A DNA stretch of 64,000 nucleotides from contig NZ_JAQNDL010000001.1 in the NCBI RefSeq assembly GCF_028368995.1, positions 3,104,001 through 3,168,000 of the forward strand, given 5' to 3'. The stretch is from Nannocystis bainbridge (GTDB lineage Bacteria; Myxococcota_A; Polyangia; Nannocystales; Nannocystaceae). Positions within the stretch are counted from its first letter, which is position 1. Each line of letters starts with the position of its first letter. The position numbers and the translations under genes were made by a program. Below the pieces are notes generated by a model, which searched no databases, had not been told where the DNA came from, and worked only from the letters and a program-made list of their open reading frames with translations. Positions 1 through 12,472 of the stretch are shown here, piece after piece.

Positions 1-1476
1 CACCTCGTACGCGCCGGGTTGCAGCCCCGCCAGCTCGAAGCGCCCGCTCGCGTCGGAGTCGACGAACGCCGGGCCGCTCGCGCGCGGGGCCGCTTGCCCG
101 GCCTCGGCCTTGACCCGCGCCATCACGCTGACCGCCGCCGCCGGCTCGCCCTTCGCCGTCGTCACCGTGCCGCGGATCGCCCGCCCCGGCGCCACGTCCC
201 ACCGCAGGTCCTCGATCGGCCGCTCGGTAACCGTCACCGGCGCGTACTTCTCGGCCGACACGAACCCCTCGCAACGCACCGTCACCTCGTAGGTGCCCGG
301 CAGCAGGCCCGGGACGCGCACCCGCCCGTCGGCCTCGATCTCCGCCCCGAAGTCGCGCTCGCCCGCGCCCTGCAGCCCCACATGTCCCGAGGGACAGGAT
401 GCTCCGCCGGGCGTCACCACCACCGCGCCCGCGATCGTCGTCGCCGGGTGGGCCTCGATCACGATCGCCTCCGACGTCTCGCCGAGCCCGAGCACCACCT
501 GCTCGGCCGCCATGCCGAACGCGTCGTCGGCCGCCACGCTCGGCTTGTACGCGCCGGGCGAAAGTTGAGCGATGCGGAAGTTGCCGCCGGCATCGGTGAC
601 CGACACACCGCCGCCGCCGCCGAAGAACGTGTCGCCGCGCGTCGCCGTGACCTTCGCGCCCTCGACCGGCGAGCCGTCGCCCGCGCGCACCACCTTGCCG
701 ACCAGCACCGACTCGGGCGTCAAGAACAGCTCGAACCGGTGCCCCGGCGCCGCTCCGCGGTCGCTGCCGGGCGCGTAGCCCTCGGCGCGCGCGTGCACCT
801 GCGGCTGGCCGGGCGCGAGCCACAACGAGAACGCTCCCTCCGCGCCCGACGTGGCGAACGCCATGCCCGTGCCGAGGTACACCCCGCCCGCGCTGACGAT
901 CGCGCCCTCGACCGCGCCGCCGCTCAGGTCCGTGACGACGCCGTGGATCTCCACGCCCCCGCCGCGCAGCGTGATGTCGACGCCGAGCGCCTCGCCGCCG
1001 GGCGCCAGCGCCACCATGTCGAGGTTCGACGGCCGCTCGCCGCGGGTGTGAAACGCCGGCACGTACCCCGGCGCCGACGCGCTCACCGAGTGCCGCACCG
1101 CCCACAGGCCGTCGACGCGGTAGTGCCCGTCGCGCTCGCTGACGGCGCACGGCGGCGTGAAGGTGTCGCGCGCGTCGAGCAGCCCGCCCATGGCGATCGC
1201 ACACACCTGCGCGCCGGCGATCGGCTGGCCCTTGTCGTCGCGCACGGTCCCGGCGATCGCCGCCTTCGCCAGCTTGCGCGGGTCGATGTCCGGCTGCGAC
1301 GCCGCAGCGATCACCGGCGCGATCACGGGCGCCTCGTCCGGCGCCGCCGCTGCCGGCGTCTCTTCAACCTGTCTCTTCAGACATGTCGCCCAGGCCACCC
1401 CGGCGACGCCGAGCCCGAGCGGCAGAAACCACAAGATCCGCGACCGACCCTCGCGCGCGCCGTTCCGACTGGTCAT
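1..1476 (-). CDS. Carboxypeptidase regulatory-like (Cna-B/transthyretin-like repeat) domain membrane-anchored protein; 3' end runs off the window
   Basis: ATG at 1476 with AGGAGG upstream. Manual translation MTSRNGAREGRSRILWFLPLGLGVAGVAW...IAGTVRDDKGQPIAGAQV...SASDGHYRVDGL...SVSASAPGY, with repeated GxVxDxxGxPxxGA motifs. Absent from the ORF track because it has no stop in the window. Confidence 0.8.
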   Translation of the reverse strand, partial: MTSRNGAREGRSRILWFLPLGLGVAGVAWATCLKRQVEETPAAAAPDEAPVIAPVIAAASQPDIDPRKLAKAAIAGTVRDDKGQPIAGAQVCAIAMGGLLDARDTFTPPCAVSERDGHYRVDGLWAVRHSVSASAPGYVPAFHTRGERPSNLDMVALAPGGEALGVDITLRGGGVEIHGVVTDLSGGAVEGAIVSAGGVYLGTGMAFATSGAEGAFSLWLAPGQPQVHARAEGYAPGSDRGAAPGHRFELFLTPESVLVGKVVRAGDGSPVEGAKVTATRGDTFFGGGGGVSVTDAGGNFRIAQLSPGAYKPSVAADDAFGMAAEQVVLGLGETSEAIVIEAHPATTIAGAVVVTPGGASCPSGHVGLQGAGERDFGAEIEADGRVRVPGLLPGTYEVTVRCEGFVSAEKYAPVTVTERPIEDLRWDVAPGRAIRGTVTTAKGEPAAAVSVMARVKAEAGQAAPRASGPAFVDSDASGRFELAGLQPGAYEV

Positions 1477-1724
1477 GCGCCTCCTGTCTAGGCCGCCGGG
1501 CCGGCGATCGTCAAGGCGCCACCACCCCGCGACCGGTCACGGCTCGAGCTCGCCGCGTCACCGGCGGCCGCCGCGGTCCAAAACATGTCCCCGAGGACAT
1601 GTCACTGCGTCAGCCGGGATCTCGACCACGCCCCGGCCGGACCGCGAGGGGTCGCCCGTGCGCGCGGACGGCCGCCGCGATCGCGGCGCGACGCGTGGTC
1701 GAGATCCCGCACCGACGCCGCATT

Positions 1725-1865
1725 TCATCGTACCTCGCGGGTGGTGGCGGCCGCGACATCGGGGGCGACCAGGGCGGACAGGGCGGCGATCGAGCCGCCG
1801 ACGACGAGGACCCCGAGCAAATAGAGGGCACCGGGGCCGCGAGGACGATAGCGAGGACGCGTCAT
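1725..1865 (-). CDS. Possible 46-aa single-TM small protein
   Basis: Manual translation MTRPRYRPRGPGALYLLGVLVVGGSIAALSALVAPDVAAATTREVR*; lies in an otherwise empty intergenic gap. Confidence 0.35.
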   Translation of the reverse strand: MTRPRYRPRGPGALYLLGVLVVGGSIAALSALVAPDVAAATTREVR

Positions 1866-1955
1866 GATCGGGGTCAACGACGCCCGCCGCCCCGCGGTCT
1901 GCCCCCGCTGTCACACTTCTCGCGCCGGGCGACCTCGGGTACTCTGGACGTCGGC

Positions 1956-2860
1956 TTGGCCACCTCATCGACTTTCTTGCGCGACGCGTGGTTGATCGCC
2001 GGCTTCGACCTCCGCGAATCGATCCGCACCCGCCGCGCCCTCGTCCTCGCGCTCCTCTATCTGCTCGTCGCCTCGATCACGAGCTACATCTACGTCGAGG
2101 TCGTGAAGCTCGCCCAGGAGGCGGCCTCCGAGGTCATCGGCGGCATGGGCGACGCCAACGAGCAGCTCGCCGCGACCGCCGCCGCCGGAGCCGCCCAGGA
2201 CGCCGGCTACACCGGCCTCCTCTACGTCATCGCCGGCGGCGACAACGTCATCGCCGGCCACCTCGCGACCTACCCGGCGATGGTCCTCGTGTTCGCGTGG
2301 TTCTCGCTCGGCGCCTTGCCGTGGCTGATCTCGCTCACCAGCTACGACCTCGTCGCCGGCGACCTCCACCAGCGCACCGTCCGGTTCGTCGCCCTGCGGA
2401 CCAGCCGCGGCGCGTTCGTCCTCGGCAAGCTGCTGTCGCAGGTGCTGCTGGTCGCCATGATCGCCGGCCTCGGCATGATCCCCGTGCTGGTGATCGGCGG
2501 CGCCTTCCTGCCGCGCTTCGACTTCCTCGGCAGCTTCCTCGCCCTGCTGGCGACCTGGCCGATCCTGGCGTTGTTCGCGTTCGCGGTGCTCGGCCCGGTC
2601 GCGTGCGCCTCGCAGCTGGTGCGCGGGCCCGGGGCCGCGCGCGCCCTGGCGCTCTTCTTCCTGTTCGTGCTGTGGATCCTCGGGGTGTGGGCGGCATTCA
2701 CCCCCGGCCTGTCGGCGCTGCAGTACTTGACCCCGTTCGCCTACAAGACCTTGTTCTTCCACCCTGACCTTTCGTACAGGTTGCTCAACGCGGCCGGCTG
2801 CGCCGCCCTGTGCGCCGGCTACACCTGGCTCGGCTTTCAAGTGTTTCGTCGGAGGGACCT

Positions 2861-2864
<4 letters not shown>
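1956..2864 (+). CDS. ABC-2 type transporter permease (start uncertain)
   Basis: Multiple TM helices; motif YDLVAGDLHQRTVRFVALRTSRGAFVLGKLL is typical of ABC-2 permeases; stop overlaps the ATPase start (GTGA). Confidence 0.8.
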
Positions 2865-3784
<920 letters not shown>

Positions 3785-3836
3785 GCTGTGACGCCATCCA
3801 CCGTCCTCGGCGCCTGGTCGGCGCTAAGGAATCGGC

Positions 3837-4991
3837 ATGGCTCGCTCGATGTCGCATCCTGTCCACCTGTGGTTGGCGTGGACGCTCGTGGTCGCGTGTA
3901 ACGGCGAGGACCACCTGCGTGGGAGCGCCACGGACGGTTCCCCACCGTCCGCGATCCCGACCTCGGTGACCTTGCCGCCGGGCATCTTCGCCAGCGAGAG
4001 CGAAGGCGAGGCCACCAGCGCCGGCGCGACCGACAAGCTCGACCTCGCGGACGAGCCCACCGGCGGCGAGGTGCTGATGCCCCCGGGCTGCGACAAGGTC
4101 GATTTCCTGTTCGTCATCGACAACTCCAACTCGATGGCCGACGAGCAGAGCAGCCTGATCGCCTCGTTCCCCGGGTTCATCGCGGCGATCGAGCAGACCC
4201 TCGAGGCCGACGACTACCACCTCATGACGATCTCGACCGACGACGGCGACGCCGGCAACGGCGACGAGGACTGCGACTTCCAGCAGTGCATCTGCGCCCC
4301 CGCGCCGACCTGCTGCCAGGACGTGTGCGACACGATCTTCAAGGGCACCACCTGCAACGGCGACCCGTGCGACCAGATCAGCATCGACGCCTGCGAGTTC
4401 CAGTACGGCAGCGGCCGCCAGTTCGACCAGTACGGCGCCCGCTGCCCGATCGCCGACGAGCGCCGCTACATGCTCGCCTCGCAGCCGGACCTCGTCTCGA
4501 CCTTCGCCTGCACCGCCGGCATCGGCGCGTTCGGCAGCGGCGACGAGCGGCCGATCCACGCCGCCCTGAGCGCGCTCGGAGACGTGCAGAACGGGCCCGG
4601 CGGCTGCAACGAGGGCTTCTTGCGCGACGACGCGATCCTCGTGCTCGTCATCATCACCGACGAAGAGGACGACAACATCGAGGTGAACGAGGGCTCGCCC
4701 GGCGAGCCGGCCGCGTGGTACGAGGCGGTCGTGGCCGCCAAGCACGGGGTCCCCGACGCCGCGGTGGTGCTCGGCCTGGTCGGCGACAGCAACCTCCCGG
4801 GCGGCCTGTGCCCGCCGGTGTGGGACCCCGACGAGGACGGCGGCGAGGCGGCCCCGCGCCTGCAGTCGTTCGTCGACATGTTCTCCGGCGGCGTGATCGG
4901 CAGCGTCTGCGCGGCCGACTACACGCCCTTCTTCGTCGAGGCCGTCAGCGTCATCGACACCGCCTGCGACATCTTCGTCCCGGTCGGCTGA
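3837..4991 (+). CDS. Cys-rich VWA-like lipoprotein (paralog 1)
   Basis: Lipobox VVAC; KVDFLFVIDNSNSM (MIDAS DxSxS); FLRDDAILVLVIITDE. Confidence 0.8.
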   Translation: MARSMSHPVHLWLAWTLVVACNGEDHLRGSATDGSPPSAIPTSVTLPPGIFASESEGEATSAGATDKLDLADEPTGGEVLMPPGCDKVDFLFVIDNSNSMADEQSSLIASFPGFIAAIEQTLEADDYHLMTISTDDGDAGNGDEDCDFQQCICAPAPTCCQDVCDTIFKGTTCNGDPCDQISIDACEFQYGSGRQFDQYGARCPIADERRYMLASQPDLVSTFACTAGIGAFGSGDERPIHAALSALGDVQNGPGGCNEGFLRDDAILVLVIITDEEDDNIEVNEGSPGEPAAWYEAVVAAKHGVPDAAVVLGLVGDSNLPGGLCPPVWDPDEDGGEAAPRLQSFVDMFSGGVIGSVCAADYTPFFVEAVSVIDTACDIFVPVG

Positions 4992-5288
4992 GCGCCGCCG
5001 CGATCGCTCCACTTTGCGCCCTCGCGCCGCGCGCCGGCTCGGGGGCGCGCGACGTCCGGCGCGCGGCTCGCCGCGGGCGCGCGCGGCGGCCCCTATGATC
5101 ATAGCGCGCGCCGACGCGACGATGATGGTCGTCACGCCTCACCACATTCACGAGCCGCCCTCGATCGCCCGAATCGGCCCTCCGAACGGCGTTACAACGG
5201 GTCACACCCTGTGTGACGATTGCCGCCGCCGGTGATGGTACCCACGCACCAGGCACCTGTTCGCACGGGCGGGGCTAAATAGTTGGGC

Positions 5289-6497
5289 ATGACCCGCACT
5301 ACGAAGACCGTTCTTGGCAGGTGGCTGATGTGCGCCTCGGCCCTCACCGCCTGCGTCGAAAACGACCCGCAAGCGGTGGGCACCGACACCGACTCTCCCG
5401 GCGGCGCCGCCACGGCTGCGCCGCCGACCGGGGTCGCAGGCACCGACGCGACCCCGGGCGACACCGAGACGGATCCGCCGGACGACTCGGGCGGCGGCAC
5501 CGGGGCCGCGAGCGCCGGCAGCGGCGCGGACACCTCGACGCCCGAGACCACCGGGATCGACGGCACCACCGGCGCGCCCGCGGCCGGCTGCGAGAAGGTC
5601 GACCTGCTGTTCGTGATCGACAACGACACGACCATGAAGGCCGAGCAGGAGGGGCTCATCGCCGCGTTCCCGGCCTTTTACGACGGCATCAAGACCACGC
5701 TCGGCATGCAGGACACGCACGTGATGGCGGTCGGGGCCGACGACGGCAAGGCGCTCTCCAACTCGAGCCAGTGCCTGGGCGGCGGCAAGTGCTACTGCGG
5801 CCCGGCCCCGGTGTGCTGCCTCAACACGTGCGAGGGCGGCAACGCCGAGACCTGCAACGGCCTGCCGTGCGCCGGCCTGCAGGTCAGCGAGTGCGCCTCG
5901 CAGTACGGCGCCGGGCGCGACTACAGCAACTCCGGCGCGTTCTGCAACCTCGCCGACAACCGCCGCTACATGCTCGACAGCCAGCCCGAGCTGCACGCCA
6001 CCTTCGGCTGCACCGCCGCGGTCGGCCAGTACCAGACGGTCGCCGACAAGCGGCCGATGTTCGCCGCGACCGAGGCGGTCAGCCCGGCGATGAACGGCGC
6101 CGGCGGCTGTGACGAGGGCTTCCTCCGCAGCGACGCGCTGCTGGTGGTGGTGTTCGTGTCCGACAAGGACGACGCCAACGAGAACGGCGCCACCGGCTCT
6201 CCCGGCGGCCCGCAGGAGTGGTACGACGCGCTCGTGGCGGCCAAGGGCGGCAGCTCGGACTCGGTCGTGGTGCTCGGCCTGGTCGGCGACGGCAACATGA
6301 CCGGCGGCGGCTGCGATCCCAACATGGGCCCCGACATGCAGGCCCTCGCCGGCGGCCCGGCGCCACGCCTGCAGGAGTTCGTCAGCAAGTTCAGCCACGG
6401 CGCGATCGGCAGCATCTGCGCCGCCGACTACACGCCGTTCTTCACCAACGGCATCGACCTGGTCCACCAGGCCTGCGGCGCCTTCACCCCGGGCTGA
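5289..6497 (+). CDS. Cys-rich VWA-like lipoprotein (paralog 2)
   Basis: Lipobox LTAC; Thr/Gly linker; KVDLLFVIDNDTTM; aligns by eye along its length with 3837-4991. Confidence 0.8.
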   Translation: MTRTTKTVLGRWLMCASALTACVENDPQAVGTDTDSPGGAATAAPPTGVAGTDATPGDTETDPPDDSGGGTGAASAGSGADTSTPETTGIDGTTGAPAAGCEKVDLLFVIDNDTTMKAEQEGLIAAFPAFYDGIKTTLGMQDTHVMAVGADDGKALSNSSQCLGGGKCYCGPAPVCCLNTCEGGNAETCNGLPCAGLQVSECASQYGAGRDYSNSGAFCNLADNRRYMLDSQPELHATFGCTAAVGQYQTVADKRPMFAATEAVSPAMNGAGGCDEGFLRSDALLVVVFVSDKDDANENGATGSPGGPQEWYDALVAAKGGSSDSVVVLGLVGDGNMTGGGCDPNMGPDMQALAGGPAPRLQEFVSKFSHGAIGSICAADYTPFFTNGIDLVHQACGAFTPG

Positions 6498-6515
6498 CGC
6501 TCGCGCGGGCCGCCG

Positions 6516-7112
6516 TCACTGCCCGGCGGCCTGCGGCGTCTGCAGCTGCGCGAGCGCCAGCCGCGTCACCGCGCGCAGCACATCGAACACCCCCTCGCCG
6601 CGGGTGGCCACCGTCTCGAACTCGGGCCAGCCCGCGGGGTTGAGCGCCGCGCGCAGCTCCGCCAGCGGCAGCGCGTCCGGCGTGTCGCGCTTGTTGTACT
6701 GGATGACATAAGCGTCGCCGAGGTCGAGTCGATGCTCGGCGACGTCGCGGTGCAGGTTGTCGAGGCTCTCGCAGTTGGCGTCCATGCGCATCGCCTGCGA
6801 GTCGGCCACGAACACCACCCCGTCGGCCGAGCGCATCACCAGCTTGCGCGTCGCCGCGTAGTGGATCTGCCCCGGCACCGTGTACACGTGCAGGCGCACG
6901 CGCAGCCCGCCGAGGGTCCCGAGCGTCAGCGGCATGAAGTCGAAGAACAGCGTGCGCTCGCTGTCGGTGTTGAGCCGCAGCAGCGCGCCGCGCCGCGACG
7001 GATCGGTCTTCCGGTGGATCCACTGCGCACACTCGGTCTTGCCCGACAGACCTGGCCCGTAATACACGAGCTTCAGGTTGATCTCCTTGGCCGCGTAATT
7101 GAAAAACGGCAT
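6516..7112 (-). CDS. MglA-family small GTPase (orphan paralog)
   Basis: MPFFNYAAKEINLKLVYYGPGLSGKT, ERTLFFDF, YTVPGQ, QYNKRD, ATRGEGV, all diagnostic of the MglA family. Confidence 0.9.
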   Translation of the reverse strand: MPFFNYAAKEINLKLVYYGPGLSGKTECAQWIHRKTDPSRRGALLRLNTDSERTLFFDFMPLTLGTLGGLRVRLHVYTVPGQIHYAATRKLVMRSADGVVFVADSQAMRMDANCESLDNLHRDVAEHRLDLGDAYVIQYNKRDTPDALPLAELRAALNPAGWPEFETVATRGEGVFDVLRAVTRLALAQLQTPQAAGQ

Positions 7113-7211
7113 GACGATCCCTCCCCGGGCCCGGCCCGGAACAAATTTTCACCCGCAACAACATGTCCTTCGGGCCATATCGACCCGAACCCACCGCTCA
7201 CCCGCCGGCGA

Positions 7212-7823
7212 TCACGAAGCCAGCACGGACAGCCCGACGTCGATCATCTGCCGCAGCGCCGCGCGCCCCGCTCCGGCCCGGCTCATGATCCCGAGGCCGT
7301 AGAGCGTATTGACCAGGTGGCGCGCCAGCGCCCGCGGCTCGCTGCCCGGTCGCAGCTCGCCGGCCTCGTGCGCGCGCTCCAGGGCCGCGTGCAGCGCCTC
7401 CTCGACCCGCCCGAAGTAAGCGCGCACCACCGCCTGGATCTCCGGGTCGGCCGGCCCGACCTCGATCGCGGTGTTCGCCATCAGACACGAGCCGCGTTCG
7501 CGGTCGAGCACGACCTCGGCGAGGAACAGCTCGAAGAACCCGCGGATCGCCACCAGCGCCGTCAGCGGCCGCTCGATCGGCCGGCTCCAGCCGGTCCGCG
7601 TCAGCGTGTCGAGCATGCCCTCGACCGCCAGCGCCTCGTAGCGCGCGAGCACCTTCAAAAACAGCGAGCGCTTGTCGCCGAACGTGTCGTACAGGCTCTG
7701 GCGCGAGATCTCCATGTGCTCGAGCAGGTCGCGCAACGAGGCGCCCTCGTAGCCGCGCCGCCAGAACATGTCGAGCGCGCGGTCGAGCGCCTCCTCCGGG
7801 TCGAACTCCTTGACGCGAGGCAT
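7212..7823 (-). CDS. TetR/AcrR-family regulator (NemR/ComR-like)
   Basis: MPRVKEFDPEEALDRALDMFWRRGYEGASLRDLLEHMEISRQSLYDTFGDKRSLF HTH; GSCLMAN C-terminal motif. Confidence 0.9.
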   Translation of the reverse strand: MPRVKEFDPEEALDRALDMFWRRGYEGASLRDLLEHMEISRQSLYDTFGDKRSLFLKVLARYEALAVEGMLDTLTRTGWSRPIERPLTALVAIRGFFELFLAEVVLDRERGSCLMANTAIEVGPADPEIQAVVRAYFGRVEEALHAALERAHEAGELRPGSEPRALARHLVNTLYGLGIMSRAGAGRAALRQMIDVGLSVLAS

Positions 7824-7881
7824 CGCCTGTAAGTGCTGGTAGTAGGCCCGCGGCCGGGCACTTTCTTGAGCGTAGAAATTC

Positions 7882-7924
7882 TGGACCACCCAGTCAAGAT
7901 AGTGGTACCAGACCGGTCGGTCAA
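7882..7924. promoter_or_regulatory. Two imperfect palindromic TetR-type operators
   Basis: TGGACCACCCAGTCAA (7882-7897) and CAGACCGGTCGGTCAA (7909-7924), GACC-N4-GGTC-like, directly upstream of the TetR gene. Confidence 0.55.
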
Positions 7925-8004
7925 GACGATTTGCGGCGTAGCCCGGTCTACGTCCCCGCTCCCGAGGTGGCCCGCGGCCGATCTCGCAGGGCTCGGCGGA
8001 GCCA

Positions 8005-8060
8005 TGTCCGAACGGACATGGCCTCTTGGACATTACCAAAAAGACATGTCCTCACGGACA
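8005..8060. repeat. Array of four phased 14-bp palindromes (TGTCC-N4-GGACA family)
   Basis: TGTCCGAACGGACA|TGGCCTCTTGGACA|TTACCAAAAAGACA|TGTCCTCACGGACA. Confidence 0.9.
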
Positions 8061-8086
8061 TGCACGTGCGCAGCCCGCGTCGCCCC

Positions 8087-9124
8087 TCAGGCGGGCCCGA
8101 CGGTCACGCGGCGGGTGTCGCCGGGCGCGTCGATCACCTCGAACTTCACCGGCAGGAAGCGGCTGACGATGCCCATGTTGGTGATCGTGTGCTGCGTCAG
8201 CGCGTGCGAGCGGAAGCTGCCGCCGCCGGCGAGGGCCAGCGGGATGAGCAGTTGGTCGGCGAGGTGCGGGCCGACGGGCGCGTCGGAGCCGAGGTGTTCG
8301 CCGAGCTCCTTGACCACGCGCGCGGCCACCTGCTCGGCGGAGATCCGCTTCTCGCCGAACGCCGAGAACAGCTCGCTGCCGTGCTCGAACTCGACCGACA
8401 GCAGCAGCGCGTTGCCGGGCCCTGCGCTCTCGACCTCGATCGTGCGCATCTCGGAGCGCTCCCAGCCCAGCAGGTTCTGCACTGCCCGCAGCTCGCGGTC
8501 GGCGATCGACTTCGGCAGGTTGGCGTAGATGGCCCGCGCCTGGCGGCGGATGACCTGGCCGCGCTCGTGCCACTGCAGCGGCTGCAGCGGCTCGCCGCCG
8601 GTGATGGTGGCGGTGAAGCGCCCGCCGCCGGCCGGATAGAAGCCGACGCGCTCGAGGTTGGCCTGCACCTGCGCGCCCATGCGGCGCAGCAGCGGCAGGA
8701 ACACCTCGGCGATGAACTCGAACGGCGGCGCCATCGGGTTGTGCGTCCCGCCCTCGAAGCTCAGCGTCGACGTGCCCGGCGCGTGCAGCAGCGGCCAGAT
8801 CACCGTCTGCAGCACCAGCGTCACGCTGCCGGCGCTGCCGACCGAGAACGCGTACTCGCCGTGCTTGACCGGACCTGGCTGAAAGACCAGCTCCTGCGAA
8901 CCGAGCGCGTCGCCCTGGACCTTGGCCGCGCCGACGCTGGTGGCGGCGCGCACGGCCGTGAGGTGCTGGCGCAGCAGCCCCGGCTTGTGCCGGCGGGCCC
9001 GCAGCTTGATCAGGTGGAAGGGCCGCCCCGTGATGAGCGACAGGGCCAGCGAGGTGCGGAGGATCTGGCCTCCGCCCTCGCCCTCCGAGCCGTCGATCAC
9101 GATCGCGTCCTTCGGCGCCTGCAT
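8087..9124 (-). CDS. rtcA: RNA 3'-terminal phosphate cyclase
   Basis: IDGSEGEGGGQILRTSLALS, GGTHNPMAPP, GFYPAGGG, HLADQL. Confidence 0.95.
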   Translation of the reverse strand: MQAPKDAIVIDGSEGEGGGQILRTSLALSLITGRPFHLIKLRARRHKPGLLRQHLTAVRAATSVGAAKVQGDALGSQELVFQPGPVKHGEYAFSVGSAGSVTLVLQTVIWPLLHAPGTSTLSFEGGTHNPMAPPFEFIAEVFLPLLRRMGAQVQANLERVGFYPAGGGRFTATITGGEPLQPLQWHERGQVIRRQARAIYANLPKSIADRELRAVQNLLGWERSEMRTIEVESAGPGNALLLSVEFEHGSELFSAFGEKRISAEQVAARVVKELGEHLGSDAPVGPHLADQLLIPLALAGGGSFRSHALTQHTITNMGIVSRFLPVKFEVIDAPGDTRRVTVGPA

Positions 9125-9125
9125 C

Positions 9126-10361
9126 CTATCCCTTCACGCAGACGACCTGGCGCAGCGTGTGGACGACCTCGACCAGGTCGCGCTGCGCCTCCATCACCGC
9201 GTCGATGTCCTTGTATGCCATCGGCGTCTCGTCGATCACGTCCTCGTCCTTGCGGCACTCGACGCCCGCGGTCGCCTTGCGGTGGTCGGCCACCGTGAAC
9301 CGCTTGCGCGCCTCGGTCCGCGACATCGCCCGCCCCGCCCCGTGGCTGCACGAGTCGAAGCTCTCGGCGTTGCCCTTGCCGCGGACGATGTACGAGCGGG
9401 TCCCCATGCTGCCCGGGATGATCCCCAGGTCGCCCGTGCGGGCCCGTACCGCCCCCTTGCGGGTCACGAGCACGTCCTTGCCGTAGTGGTGCTCGCGCGC
9501 GACGTAGTTGTGGTGGCAGTTGACCGCCGTCGCCCCGAAGGTGAACGGCGGGATGCCCTTGCAACCCGCGACCGCCTGGACCGTCGCCTGCATCATCAGC
9601 TCGCGGTTGTGCCGCGCGAAGTCCTGGGCCCACTCGACCGCCTCGACGTAGTCGTCGAAGTATTTGGTCCCCTCGGACAGGTACGCCAGGTTGTGGTCGG
9701 GCAGGCTGACGAACCACCGCTTCATCTCCTCCTTGGCGAGGGCGATGAAGTGCGAGCCGATGCGGTTACCGACCCCGCGCGAGCCCGAGTGCAGCATGAA
9801 CCACACCCGGTCGCGCTCGTCGAGGCAGACCTCGATGAAGTGGTTGCCGGTCCCGAGCGTACCGAGGTGGACCGCCGTGTTGCTCTTCTCGATCGCCTTG
9901 TGCTTGTCGACGATCGTCTCGAAGCGCGACGCGAGCTGCTTCCACACCGTCGCCACCGGCGCCGGCGGCGAATGCCAGGCGCCCTTGTCGCGGCCGTGAT
10001 TGGTGGTGCGGCCGTGCGGCACGGCCCTCTCGATCGCCGAGCGGACCTCGCTCAGGTTGTCGGGCAGGTCCGACGCCTTGAGGCTGGTCTCGACCGCCAT
10101 CATCCCGCAGCCGATGTCGACGCCGACGGCTGCCGGGATCACCGCGCCGACGGTCGGGACCACGCTGCCGACCGTCGCGCCGATGCCGAGGTGCACATCC
10201 GGCATCGCGGCCACCCAGCGGTGGATGAAGGGCATCTGCGCGATCCGCTCGAGCTGCGCGATCGCGGCCTCTTCTACCTGCACCCCACGCGTCCACCGCT
10301 TGATCGGGACTCCGCCCGTGGGCTGATGGACCTCGTAGTTTTGCGCGTCACGGTTGGACAT
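9126..10361 (-). CDS. rtcB: RNA-splicing/repair ligase RtcB
   Basis: MPDVHLGIGATVG, VGVDIGCGM, GTLGTGNHFIE, HSGSRG, HHNY, RKGA, IPGSMG, SHGAGR, DETPMAYK. Confidence 0.97.
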   Translation of the reverse strand: MSNRDAQNYEVHQPTGGVPIKRWTRGVQVEEAAIAQLERIAQMPFIHRWVAAMPDVHLGIGATVGSVVPTVGAVIPAAVGVDIGCGMMAVETSLKASDLPDNLSEVRSAIERAVPHGRTTNHGRDKGAWHSPPAPVATVWKQLASRFETIVDKHKAIEKSNTAVHLGTLGTGNHFIEVCLDERDRVWFMLHSGSRGVGNRIGSHFIALAKEEMKRWFVSLPDHNLAYLSEGTKYFDDYVEAVEWAQDFARHNRELMMQATVQAVAGCKGIPPFTFGATAVNCHHNYVAREHHYGKDVLVTRKGAVRARTGDLGIIPGSMGTRSYIVRGKGNAESFDSCSHGAGRAMSRTEARKRFTVADHRKATAGVECRKDEDVIDETPMAYKDIDAVMEAQRDLVEVVHTLRQVVCVKG

Positions 10362-10385
10362 CGGCGTTCTCCTGAAGCCCGGTAT

Positions 10386-10401
10386 CGCAGGGAACGTGCC
10401 T
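10386..10401 (-). promoter_or_regulatory. Sigma54 (-24/-12) promoter of rtcBA
   Basis: Minus strand AGGCACGTTCCCTGCG has GG-N10-GC spacing; divergent from the sigma54 activator rtcR. Confidence 0.75.
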
Positions 10402-10517
10402 GGCGGCCCCGACTCAGGGATTAACGAGTAAGTTTCAAGATCTTACCGAAGGGCACGGAGCCTTGGCCAGCATTCTTTTCTATCCGAACCTATAATCTCT
10501 GATAACTTGATAGCCGC

Positions 10518-12119
<1,602 letters not shown>

Positions 12120-12162
12120 GCCCGCGCCCTCGTGGCACCCATCGCCCTTGCGACTGCACGTC

Positions 12163-12218
12163 TTGTCCTTCGAACATGTCCTCATGCACATGTTTTTAAG
12201 GACATGTTCTTTCGAACA
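12163..12218. repeat. Array of four phased 14-bp palindromes
   Basis: TTGTCCTTCGAACA|TGTCCTCATGCACA|TGTTTTTAAGGACA|TGTTCTTTCGAACA. Confidence 0.85.
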
Positions 12219-12472
12219 TAGACATAGAGTGATGTAGCGCTGCCAGCCGCGCGCAGCAGGTCCGTGTCGCATCTGCGTCCGCCGGCCGTGCACGCGCCCG
12301 CGGTCCTGCACAGGCGAGCGCGAGCCCGCGATCGAGCCGCCGCGCGCCATGCGAACGCGGACCCCTCATCCTCCGCCTCGCGCCCGCGAGCGCCCCGCGC
12401 AAACTCGCCCGCGCCGCCCGCTGTAAGCGCCGGCGCCCGGCCGCGTTTCGGTCGCACCTCCGGACGAACGCC

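Noticed and set aside
8005-8060. Junction sequence GGACATGTCC equals the eukaryotic p53 half-site RRRCWWGYYY
   Set aside because: Bacterial context and no p53-like gene seen; treated as coincidence. It does show the dyad could equally be centred on CATG.
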